Assembly: GCA_001770205.1 (NCBI GenBank)
Contig: MEQL01000062.1
Location: 1-19,461 of the forward strand
Length of the DNA: 19,461 nt
DNA from: Bdellovibrionales bacterium RIFOXYD12_FULL_39_22
Lineage (GTDB): Bacteria > Bdellovibrionota > Bacteriovoracia > Bacteriovoracales > Bacteriovoracaceae
Direction of reading: 5' to 3'
Part shown: in pieces, positions 8,390 to 16,451 of the stretch
Numbering within the stretch: position 1 is the first letter of the stretch
Layout of the letters: the number at the start of each line of letters is the position of its first letter
The notes under the pieces: model-generated
Databases searched by the model: none
Seen by the model: only the letters and a program-made list of their open reading frames with translations
What the model was told of the DNA's origin: nothing
Made by a program: the position numbers and the translations under genes

Positions 8390-9649
8390 ATGAGTGATGA
8401 AAAAGCTAGTTATAAAAGCAAAATTTTAATTGTTGATGATCAAAAAGCAATTCATGAAGATTTTGAAAAAATACTAATTCATAACAGCAAAGATGAAACA
8501 AAAGCCGATGCTCTCATTAAGGAGTTTTTTGGCAAAAAAAAAGAGCGCGAACTTAAAAATGATTTTATCCTGGAATCGGCATTTCAAGGAGAAGATGCGG
8601 TTACGGCCGTTCAAAAAGCATTGATAGAAATGTCCCCTTATAAAGTTGCTTTTATAGATATGAGGATGCCGCCTGGCTGGGATGGATTGAAAACGATTGA
8701 AGAAATTTGGAAGATCGATCATAATATTCAAACAGTACTTTGTACGGCATATTCTGATTATTCATGGGAAGAAATAATTGATCGTCTAGGTAATTCTGAT
8801 CGTCTGTTAATTTTAAAAAAACCTTTTGATAAAATTGAAGTTATGCAACTTTCTTTTGCACTTTGTAATAAGTGGACCCTAACTTATGATATGAATCAAC
8901 TTATTGAAAAACAAGCAGTGCAAATAAGAGAACAGGAAAAGCAATTATTTCAAAATATTAAGCTTAAAGCACTTGGAGAAATGGCCGGAGGAATCGCCCA
9001 TGAAATAAATAACCCGCTTACTATCATCAATGGGCATATTATTGCCATTGATAAAATTATTCAAAAAGGAGATTTGAAAAACATACAAGATATACGTGAT
9101 CATATAGGTCTTATAAAGAAAATGATTACTAGGGTTTCAAGTATAATTACCAATATGAAAAAGTTAACAAGGAATTGTGAAAAGGATTCTCGAATACTAG
9201 TTACGTGCAAAGAGATAATTGAGAGTGTTCAGAGTGTGTGTTGTCAGAAATTTGTAAATACCAAAATTGATTTTGATATTGAAGCTATTACGGAAGAATT
9301 AAAAGTATTTTCAATTGGCACTCAACTTCATCAAGCATTAATGAACATCGTTTTTAATGCATATGACGCTGTTTCGGATGGCCCGAATAAGTGGATAAAA
9401 ATAAAGTGTATCCAGGCGGAAGGATTCGCCAATATTATTATTACTAACAGCGGTAAGAGAATACCCGGCGATATGGAGCAGAATATATTTGATCCCTTCT
9501 TTACAACAAAAGATCCAGGGAAAGGAACGGGACTTGGCCTGAGTATTTCCAAGAAAATTATTGAAGAGCACGGTGGGGAGTTGTTTTTGAATAAGGAATC
9601 CAAAAATACAGAGTTTGTGATTAAATTGCCTTTGGCCGTAGTGGCCTAA
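8390..9649 (+). CDS. Cytoplasmic hybrid: N-terminal receiver domain plus histidine kinase
   Basis: REC motifs ILIVDD, FIDMRMPPGWDG, CTAYS, KKPF with a ~30-aa insert after helix 1; H-box GEMAGGIAHEINNPL; N-box NIVFNAYDA; IFDPFFTTKDPGKGTGLGL. Confidence 0.93.
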   Translation: MSDEKASYKSKILIVDDQKAIHEDFEKILIHNSKDETKADALIKEFFGKKKERELKNDFILESAFQGEDAVTAVQKALIEMSPYKVAFIDMRMPPGWDGLKTIEEIWKIDHNIQTVLCTAYSDYSWEEIIDRLGNSDRLLILKKPFDKIEVMQLSFALCNKWTLTYDMNQLIEKQAVQIREQEKQLFQNIKLKALGEMAGGIAHEINNPLTIINGHIIAIDKIIQKGDLKNIQDIRDHIGLIKKMITRVSSIITNMKKLTRNCEKDSRILVTCKEIIESVQSVCCQKFVNTKIDFDIEAITEELKVFSIGTQLHQALMNIVFNAYDAVSDGPNKWIKIKCIQAEGFANIIITNSGKRIPGDMEQNIFDPFFTTKDPGKGTGLGLSISKKIIEEHGGELFLNKESKNTEFVIKLPLAVVA

Positions 9650-9677
9650 GATATTGCCTGAATCGCGAGGAGTTGTT

Positions 9678-10148
9678 ATGAGTGTTGAAAGTAATATTAA
9701 ATATTCAATAGAACATTATGGGAGAGATGAACTTGATGGAGCTTTTATTCATGCATGTATAGCGATAGATGCTGTTGCAAAATCAAGATATCCTTTATTG
9801 AAGAATAATGAACGAAATAAAAAATTTATAGATGAAAAAATGTTAACAATTACGCGCCATGGTTTTCCGGGTATTCACGCAACAAGCATAAGCTATCAGT
9901 TTGAGCATCACTCGATTAGAAGAGATGATAATCGATCTGAATTGTCAGAAATAATTTACCATGTTCTTCGTTGTGAATTACTTCATGAGGCAAAACTATC
10001 AGATAACTTAAGGTTTGTTGAAGAGACAGTAGTTGCGGATGATAACAATTCGATTATTTTACCAAAAACCCTAGTTAAGGGTCTTATTGGTGCCGTTATT
10101 GAAGATGATATAAGTCTTAAAAAAAAATTTGGATATTTTTTAACGTAA
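9678..10148 (+). CDS. Hypothetical protein with RxxxxH motif (HEPN-like)
   Basis: ATG 9678 preceded by SD GAGGAG (9667-9672), preferred over TTG 9654; 156 aa; N-terminal helix ACIAIDAVAK and C-terminal IIYHVL-RCELLH-EA. Confidence 0.65.
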   Translation: MSVESNIKYSIEHYGRDELDGAFIHACIAIDAVAKSRYPLLKNNERNKKFIDEKMLTITRHGFPGIHATSISYQFEHHSIRRDDNRSELSEIIYHVLRCELLHEAKLSDNLRFVEETVVADDNNSIILPKTLVKGLIGAVIEDDISLKKKFGYFLT

Positions 10149-10150
10149 AA

Positions 10151-10185
10151 ACGTAGCAGGATGAATGGTTGCGTGGATTTTTTTT
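10151..10185 (+). terminator. Weak candidate intrinsic terminator
   Basis: ACGTAGC-N10-GTTGCGT (two G-U pairs) followed by GGA and a T run, directly after the stop codon and between convergent genes. Confidence 0.25.
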
Positions 10186-10254
10186 AGTCTTCTCTTTACG
10201 AGGATCATATTTCATGAAATTTAAACCACAGTGCGATGCAAAGATTGTTTGTCC

Positions 10255-10740
10255 TTAGCGCCAGAAATAACCAACGTAGGTTCTGGTGGCACTCTCAGTA
10301 GCATTGTGTTGCTCGATCATTATGGTAAGGCCCGAACCTTTAAAAGCATTAATATCTACACCTACTCCCAATCCATAGCCGGTATCCATTCTGACTTCAT
10401 CTTGGAAAGAGCCAACGCCAAATACTCCTGTGACTTGTACAAAGGGTAAAACTGGAGATTTTTCTCCTACGAAGGCCAGGGGATAGTAGTTGCCTCCGAC
10501 GGTAAATTCTCCTTGCGTTAGCGTTCCGGCCATTAAATAGGTAAAGCCAGATACCATGCGCAGAGAGCTAGGATCGGTGGCCAATTGGAAGTGTGCCATG
10601 TAGCCGCTAGTATTTCTAGTATCGGTGGCCTCGGGATCGTCCATTCCGAGATTAAGATTGAATTGGAATCCGGCCTCGGTAGTACTTGCAATGGTGAATA
10701 AAAGAACAAGAATAATGATGTTGTTTTTTTTAAACTTCAT
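10255..10740 (-). CDS. Small outer-membrane beta-barrel protein (about 8 strands)
   Basis: 161 aa; signal peptide ending TEA-G; Gly/aromatic alternating strands (LPFVQVTGVFGVG, TGYGLGVGVDI); aromatic C-terminus TYVGYFWR. Confidence 0.7.
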   Translation of the reverse strand: MKFKKNNIIILVLLFTIASTTEAGFQFNLNLGMDDPEATDTRNTSGYMAHFQLATDPSSLRMVSGFTYLMAGTLTQGEFTVGGNYYPLAFVGEKSPVLPFVQVTGVFGVGSFQDEVRMDTGYGLGVGVDINAFKGSGLTIMIEQHNATESATRTYVGYFWR

Positions 10741-10803
10741 TGCTTTATTTTACTATGATAGAGGAAAAGTTATAAGAGAGTACAAGCTTGCCTAGCTAGT
10801 ATG

Positions 10804-11331
10804 TCAGGCAGCTTTTTTGTCGGGTATTTCGTCTGTCTGGGGTGCTTTGTTTGCCTTATGCAGAGTAATAATTTCGTCTATGTCTAAACATTTTCTCATA
10901 TCTAGCAGTATGGTAAGGGCCCCGTCGTCATCTTTGGCAACTCCAGTTATAAAATTTTGATCCACCTTTGAGGATTCGGATCTCCATGGCTCGATGGCGG
11001 TTGCAGGGATTGATTTAACTTTTTTGACATCATCGACTATGGAGCCAATCATAATCCCTTCAAACTCAGTGATGATGATAGAGGTTTTTTTCTCTTGATA
11101 GGCATCGGCCTTCACCGCCAATTTTATACGCAAATCAACAATAGAAATAATTTTTCCGCGAAGATTAATTAGTCCTTTGTAGTAATCGGGGGCCTGCGGT
11201 ACTGGCCGAATGTTGTTGGCCATGCTTATTACTTCTTTAACGTCTCCTAGAGAAACACCATAATCTTCTTCGTGCAAAGTGAATATAAGATGCTTGCCAC
11301 CATTTTTTTTAGGTTGGTTTTCTACAGACAT
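10804..11331 (-). CDS. cheW: Chemotaxis coupling protein CheW
   Basis: LIFTLHEEDYGV...VKEVI...PVPQAPDYYKGLINLRGKIISIVDLR...GSIVDDV. Start moved to 11331 (MSVENQ) because SD GGAGG lies at 11345-11341. Confidence 0.93.
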   Translation of the reverse strand: MSVENQPKKNGGKHLIFTLHEEDYGVSLGDVKEVISMANNIRPVPQAPDYYKGLINLRGKIISIVDLRIKLAVKADAYQEKKTSIIITEFEGIMIGSIVDDVKKVKSIPATAIEPWRSESSKVDQNFITGVAKDDDGALTILLDMRKCLDIDEIITLHKANKAPQTDEIPDKKAA

Positions 11332-11378
11332 ATAATATTGCCTCCAAAAAAAGCGGCCCATCGGCCAAGTCGTATACT

Positions 11379-11405
11379 ATTTCGGTCGGGATAATAAAAA
11401 CTTGA
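11379..11405 (-). promoter_or_regulatory. Putative sigma28 (FliA) promoter of cheW
   Basis: Minus strand TCAAGTTT-N11-ACCGAAAT vs consensus TAAAGTTT-N11-GCCGATAA, upstream of a chemotaxis gene. Confidence 0.65.
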
Positions 11406-11413
11406 GCAAAAAA

Positions 11414-11442
11414 TTAACATTTTATTGAAATAAATATAGAAT
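11414..11442 (+). promoter_or_regulatory. Putative sigma70 promoter of pepD
   Basis: TTAACA-N17-TAGAAT, ~40 nt before the ATG. The region is AT-rich, so a chance match is possible. Confidence 0.45.
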
Positions 11443-11484
11443 TCTATTGGAAAATAACCATAAATTATTATTTGGAGTACAAAC

Positions 11485-12948
11485 ATGTCGATCCCCAATG
11501 ATTATCCACAGATGCCAAAAGAGTTTTGGCAAAAATTTTATGAAGTTACCCAAGTCCCCAGACCTTCCAAGCAGGAGAAAAAATTCATTGAGTATCTGGA
11601 AAAAAGTGCCAAGAGTGCGGGCCTAAAATATAAAAAGGATCGTGCCGGGAATGTGGTTATCTATAAACCAGCAACTGCTGGTTATGAAAATCATGGTGCA
11701 GTTATTATTCAGAGTCATATGGATATGGTTTGTGACAAAACTCCCGAGAGGAAAATAGATTTTGCCAAAGATCCTATAGAATTGTGTGTTGAAGATGGTT
11801 GGGTCTGCGCGAATGGAACGACTTTGGGGGCGGATAATGGATTAGGGTGTGCGGTGGCCTTGGGACTGATGGAGACAAAAGGGATCAAACATCCAGCACT
11901 GGAGCTGCTTTTTACCGTTGATGAAGAGACTGGATTGCATGGTGCCTTGGAATTAGATGCTTCAATGGTTAAAGGTAAAAAATTAATTAATCTTGATACC
12001 GAAGAGTGGGGGGCCGCTTATATTGGTTGTGCAGGTGGAATTGATTATGAGTTAAAAGGAGAATTTGCGGGTGATAACATCGGTGGCAATTTGCTTCCGG
12101 TAAAAATTGTAGTGGGCGGACTCAAGGGGGGCCATTCGGGAATTGATATTCATCGTGGCCGAGGGAATGCTATAAAAATTTTGGCCGATCTATTGTGGGC
12201 CTTAGGAGAAAAAGAGTTTTTTATCTCGCAATTTATGGGAGGAGCGGCCCATAATATTATTCCTCGCGATGCTGTTGTGGATATTTGGATTGCCGAGAGT
12301 GATTTGAAGTTTTTAAATGCGCTTTGCACAGAGAAGGTTAAATTCTATAAGACCTTTTTAAAAGAAGATGACCAGGCGCTGTTTATTACAGTGGCCAAGC
12401 AGGATAAGAAGAGTTCGCATAAAAGGGCCCTACAACCTAAGCAGCAGAGTCGGTTATTAAATCTTTTAAATGTTTTTCCGCATGGTGCCTATGGTTATAA
12501 TTGGGAAGCAGATTGTCCACTTGTTACTCATAGTTCGAATTTGGCCATTGTAAAGTTAGTTGACGGGGAGTTTTATCTCTTAACCTCTATTCGCTATTTA
12601 GAAAAAAATGAGGTGATAGAAGTAGAGAATAAAATAGATGCACTTTCTAAAACATTTTGTTTACAAAAAATTAAAGGTAAATCTTATCCCAGCTGGCGGC
12701 CAGTTTTTGACAGTCCTTTGCTAGAGGTGACGAAGAGGGTTTTTTTACAAGAAGAGGGAGAAGAGATAAAAGTTAAGGCCATCCATGCTGGTTTGGAGTG
12801 CGGTATTTTGAAAGATAAGTTAAAAGAGTTAGATGCTATATCGCTAGGGCCCAATATTAAAGGAGTGCACTCACCCTCGGAGAGGATAGAAATTGAATCA
12901 ACTAGTAAGTTTTGGTATTTCTTTTTAAAGCTGCTAGAGTCTCTATGA
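11485..12948 (+). CDS. pepD: Aminoacyl-histidine dipeptidase (peptidase M20C)
   Basis: 487 aa; VPRPSK, QSHMDMV, TLGADNG, TVDEETG, NLDTEE, KGGHSG, IHAGLECG, HSPSE; SD GGAG. Confidence 0.93.
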   Translation: MSIPNDYPQMPKEFWQKFYEVTQVPRPSKQEKKFIEYLEKSAKSAGLKYKKDRAGNVVIYKPATAGYENHGAVIIQSHMDMVCDKTPERKIDFAKDPIELCVEDGWVCANGTTLGADNGLGCAVALGLMETKGIKHPALELLFTVDEETGLHGALELDASMVKGKKLINLDTEEWGAAYIGCAGGIDYELKGEFAGDNIGGNLLPVKIVVGGLKGGHSGIDIHRGRGNAIKILADLLWALGEKEFFISQFMGGAAHNIIPRDAVVDIWIAESDLKFLNALCTEKVKFYKTFLKEDDQALFITVAKQDKKSSHKRALQPKQQSRLLNLLNVFPHGAYGYNWEADCPLVTHSSNLAIVKLVDGEFYLLTSIRYLEKNEVIEVENKIDALSKTFCLQKIKGKSYPSWRPVFDSPLLEVTKRVFLQEEGEEIKVKAIHAGLECGILKDKLKELDAISLGPNIKGVHSPSERIEIESTSKFWYFFLKLLESL

Positions 12949-12949
12949 T

Positions 12950-13936
12950 ATGAGTGTGGCAAGTCAAAGATTAATCTTTTTTTCAAAATGGAAAGGGATC
13001 TGGCCGCTGATGCGCGAGATGTTGAAAAATCTTTTAGCGGCATATAAAATTTTCTCTTCCACGGGTGGATCCATTATCGCCTCTTCTTCTGCTTTTTCCT
13101 TACTACTGACTATTGTCCCAATGGCCTTGCTTTTAATTAGAGTGGTAGGATTTTTTGTGGGAGATATTTCCCTTAGTAATGAGAAAATTTTTATTTTATC
13201 GGCGCAGTTTTTACCGGGAGTTGCCCCTGATTTAGTAGTGAAAATGAAGACGATTATAACGGAGTTGTTGAAGGGAAAGAGTACTATCTCGCTAGTAAAT
13301 TTTTTAATGCTCGTGTGGTCTTCACTACTTTTTTTAAACTCTATTTGGCACGGACTATATTTATTAACAGGGGATCGTTCTTATCGTTCTTTTCGGCGAC
13401 ATTTTAAAGGCCTGGCGATTATCTTGATTTCGGTTTTATTACTGGGTGTAACGCTTACGCTACCTATGGCCATCTCTTTTGTTGAAGCTCTGATTCGGAA
13501 GAATTTTTTCACGGCCTTTATTTTCGAACATTTCCCGGCCATGGCACCAGTATTGAATGAGTTTCTTACCATGGGGCTTTTTACTAAGCTCTTAGTTAAG
13601 TCTAATCTTCTTCATATTCTCATTTTATTGCCCTATTTTGCTTTTCTCTATCGTTGGTTTTTGTCAGACAAGATATCACTAAAGGTTGCCGGATTGGGTG
13701 CCTCTGTCTTTGTCGCCAGCTTTTTTGCAGGAAAATTTCTTTTTTATCTTTATGTATTTTATTTGCGTAATAATTACGTTGACAATTATGGTGATTACTA
13801 TACATTTTTATTATCACTTATCTGGTTGTTTATTGTGATATGTTTTTTCTTTTACGGGGTTTGCGTTTGCAAAGTATTTCATCAAGCAGAGGTGGCCCGA
13901 AAAGGAGGGGGATTAAATGATAAGAGTTATTCTTAA
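12950..13936 (+). CDS. YihY/virulence factor BrkB family membrane protein
   Basis: About six TM segments; ASSSAFSLLLTIVP at the N-terminus, FAFLYRWF, and YVDNYGDYYTFLLSLIWLF...YG at the C-terminus. The start could be ATG 13010. Confidence 0.8.
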   Translation: MSVASQRLIFFSKWKGIWPLMREMLKNLLAAYKIFSSTGGSIIASSSAFSLLLTIVPMALLLIRVVGFFVGDISLSNEKIFILSAQFLPGVAPDLVVKMKTIITELLKGKSTISLVNFLMLVWSSLLFLNSIWHGLYLLTGDRSYRSFRRHFKGLAIILISVLLLGVTLTLPMAISFVEALIRKNFFTAFIFEHFPAMAPVLNEFLTMGLFTKLLVKSNLLHILILLPYFAFLYRWFLSDKISLKVAGLGASVFVASFFAGKFLFYLYVFYLRNNYVDNYGDYYTFLLSLIWLFIVICFFFYGVCVCKVFHQAEVARKGGGLNDKSYS

Positions 13937-14138
13937 TATCTATATTGCGCTATTGATTGTAGATGCTGTTTTAAGTTATATGCCTGAATTGCGCAAGGCC
14001 AACTGGGCCGTCAAAGTAAAACAGGCCGCTGATGTTACGCTAAATCCAGTGCGAAAAATTTTGCCGCAAGATCTTCCGCTGGATATTTCTCCTTTTATTG
14101 TGGTGCTAGCAATCGAGCTAATTATGGCACTTTGGTGA
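13917..14138 (+). CDS. YggT family membrane protein
   Basis: 73 aa; AVLSYMP...DVTLNPVRKILP...LDISPFIV; strong SD AGGAGG; overlaps the upstream gene by 20 nt. Confidence 0.88.
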   Translation: MIRVILNIYIALLIVDAVLSYMPELRKANWAVKVKQAADVTLNPVRKILPQDLPLDISPFIVVLAIELIMALW

Positions 14139-14143
14139 GATAG

Positions 14144-14947
14144 ATGGAAATAGAAGCAATCTCCTTAGAGGAATTGACCGCAGTAACTTTGGAACTCAAT
14201 AGTCGAATAACTAGTGATATCTCATTTGAAATAAAATCAGAACGCAATAGGTTGGAAGAGTGGTTTGAGGATTTGCTGCCACCCAACTCTTCTGGACTGC
14301 TTTACCGAGTAGAAAAAGGGGCAAATACTTTTTGTGTTAAAGGGATTCCTTCCAGGAATTTGCGCCAAGACTACAACGCTATTATGGATGGTGATAGTGA
14401 GCTATGTGCCCGTTTAAAGATTGCTATTGCTGGTGATTTTGATGATCTGTTTTTTTTTCCGGTAGAAGATTACTATTATGCGGAACAGATAAAAAAAGAA
14501 TTTTTTAATCGTCGTTTTCCTATCGCAGAAGATTTGCTTTGTAACTTAAGCGATCCGGGGATTAGTTGGTGGCTAGATTACTCTGAAAGGCATTTGGCAA
14601 TTTATTTTAACTCTCACGGAGTAGATCGCCAAGAGAAGTTGATTCGCTTGGGGCCAATTGGGGATGTCGGCAAGTTGCATCGTCTGTTTAATAAAAATAT
14701 TGATCTTCTTTGTCGCCTTTTTGATGCTTCGGAATTTGTCTGCACCGAAAAATACTTAAGCATAACGGTCAGACGAGGTGACGATTGTTTTTTTAATCCA
14801 CTCCTCAGTATTTTTTTCAAAGGAGAGTATTCACTATCAGAGGATATTTTTCGCTTAGGTGAATATTCACCATCACTGCATTCATATTTTTACGAGTTGG
14901 CCACTGGCCGCAAGTTTTGGTTAGAACTTATTTCTATTGTCTCATAA
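14144..14947 (+). CDS. Hypothetical protein, possibly a degenerate GIY-YIG/UvrC N-terminal-like fold
   Basis: 267-aa ORF in operon position. LPPNSSGLLYRV...SRNLRQ...RLGPIG...LCRLF...IFFKG follows the order of UvrC N-terminal landmarks, but the catalytic motifs are absent. Confidence 0.6.
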   Translation: MEIEAISLEELTAVTLELNSRITSDISFEIKSERNRLEEWFEDLLPPNSSGLLYRVEKGANTFCVKGIPSRNLRQDYNAIMDGDSELCARLKIAIAGDFDDLFFFPVEDYYYAEQIKKEFFNRRFPIAEDLLCNLSDPGISWWLDYSERHLAIYFNSHGVDRQEKLIRLGPIGDVGKLHRLFNKNIDLLCRLFDASEFVCTEKYLSITVRRGDDCFFNPLLSIFFKGEYSLSEDIFRLGEYSPSLHSYFYELATGRKFWLELISIVS

Positions 14948-14962
14948 CTTTAAATTTTTCAC

Positions 14963-14991
14963 TTGTTTGGAGTGGGCAGGCGCATTACAAT
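14963..14991 (+). promoter_or_regulatory. Putative sigma70 promoter of the FtsB-like gene
   Basis: TTGTTT-N17-TACAAT in the 58-bp intergenic gap. Confidence 0.4.
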
Positions 14992-15005
14992 AGAAGCTAG
15001 ACAGG

Positions 15006-15905
15006 ATGTCTTTCAACAATAAAACAGGATGTTTTGTGGACTACTCGCCAAATAGACAGCATCAATCAATTGGTACTGACAGATTGCAGAAGGCCATTGA
15101 GCGCAATCGTGCTAAACAGGCCCAGCGAGTTGGAGGCCCAAATAATCAAAGGCCAAGGGATAATTTTCAGGAAGACCTTTTTGGCCGTGAACGAGAAAAC
15201 TTTTCTACTCCTCCGCAGAGATCATTACCGCGGCAACCTTTTTCTTCTGAAGGAAGCAGTCGGCACAGCAATAGTAATAGCAACGGCGGACAATTAGCGG
15301 CCTCTTCTCCCGCGCGGCCAATGCGAAGAACTATTGGATTATCTAGTGACGAAATTGGTTTCACCAACAATCTTCGGCAGGCCCCCAATCGTGTGCCAGG
15401 AACAATTGGATATAACACCGGTCGGAATCAGAGTGCTGTTTCTGCTTTGGGTGGCAGTGTAGGGGGATCAAGAACTGGCGCAACGTCTAATATTTCATCT
15501 ATTAAAAGGAGTGAGGGGACAATTGGAGTTGGTAGAAATGATCGAGTTTTTGAAAAAAGCAAAGAGCGAGATAGAGAAAAAAGCAAAAGTTTTTGGGCCA
15601 ATATTTTTATCTATGCTGGATGGGCCTTCTGTTTCTTCTTGGCCTTGCGCATGTCTTTTGCGGAAAGAGGTGCCTGGGAATATTATAGACGGCATCAGGT
15701 TCTAGATAGCAGAATGGAACTTCTAAACTCAGTAAAGATGCAAAATGACACGATCAAAAGTGAGATAGAGTTATTACAGAATGATAAAAATTATCAAAAG
15801 AAAATTATTCGAGATACATTAGGTTTTATTTCTGATGATGAATATTTGGTTCTATTTCCTGAGGAGGAAAGGGAAACTGCACAGGTAGAGTCATCCCTTC
15901 ACTAA
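15006..15905 (+). CDS. FtsB/DivIC-family septum formation initiator with a long disordered N-terminal extension
   Basis: C-terminal ~105 aa: single TM, FAERGAWEYY, coiled coil, LQNDKNYQKKIIRDTLGFISDDE (DivIC signature). In-frame GTG at 15036 with SD AGGA is an alternative start. Confidence 0.8.
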   Translation: MSFNNKTGCFVDYSPNRQHQSIGTDRLQKAIERNRAKQAQRVGGPNNQRPRDNFQEDLFGRERENFSTPPQRSLPRQPFSSEGSSRHSNSNSNGGQLAASSPARPMRRTIGLSSDEIGFTNNLRQAPNRVPGTIGYNTGRNQSAVSALGGSVGGSRTGATSNISSIKRSEGTIGVGRNDRVFEKSKERDREKSKSFWANIFIYAGWAFCFFLALRMSFAERGAWEYYRRHQVLDSRMELLNSVKMQNDTIKSEIELLQNDKNYQKKIIRDTLGFISDDEYLVLFPEEERETAQVESSLH

Positions 15906-16416
15906 TTAATTTCGCTATCGCAGATTTACTTTTTATCTCCAATACATGTCTGGCAAAGGTGGGGGATGTTTTGGCCACGCTGTGGATGTTTTTCCTCCCT
16001 GGATGGGCGGGCATATTGCGAGCAATAGAGATAACTTTGAATTTCTCATCAAGAAAAATGATATCTAAATCAAAGTAAGTGTCAGGCATCCAAAATCTTC
16101 TCACTCCGTCAGCAAAGTAAAAAAAAAGTACACCGGCATCTTCAGGAAAAGCTGCCGAGGCGATGCCACTTACTCCTTTTTCCATCTCTGTAGTAGTAAA
16201 AAGAACCGTTAATTTTAATTCGGAAATGTTGCCTTTCTCTTTTGGTGAAAGAGTTATTTTTGCTTGTCGATATTTTTGTAACGTATCTTCCGGACCGAAA
16301 TCTATTACTGTTTGGCCATTGGTCGAGGCAAATAGTAGGATAAAAAACAGTGTAAAAAATGTAGCTATCTGTGGTAGTTTCGGGTTAAATTTATTGTTTA
16401 ACTGTAATAGTAACAT
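15826..16416 (-). CDS. DUF192-family exported protein
   Basis: N-terminal hydrophobic segment; EMEKGVSG...GVLFFY...FWMPDTYFDLDIIFLD...ARHVLEI. Confidence 0.88.
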   Translation of the reverse strand: MLLLQLNNKFNPKLPQIATFFTLFFILLFASTNGQTVIDFGPEDTLQKYRQAKITLSPKEKGNISELKLTVLFTTTEMEKGVSGIASAAFPEDAGVLFFYFADGVRRFWMPDTYFDLDIIFLDEKFKVISIARNMPAHPGRKNIHSVAKTSPTFARHVLEIKSKSAIAKLISEGMTLPVQFPFPPQEIEPNIHHQK

Positions 16417-16451
16417 GCGAAAATGTTATCGAATTTACCAGGAGAAGGCAA

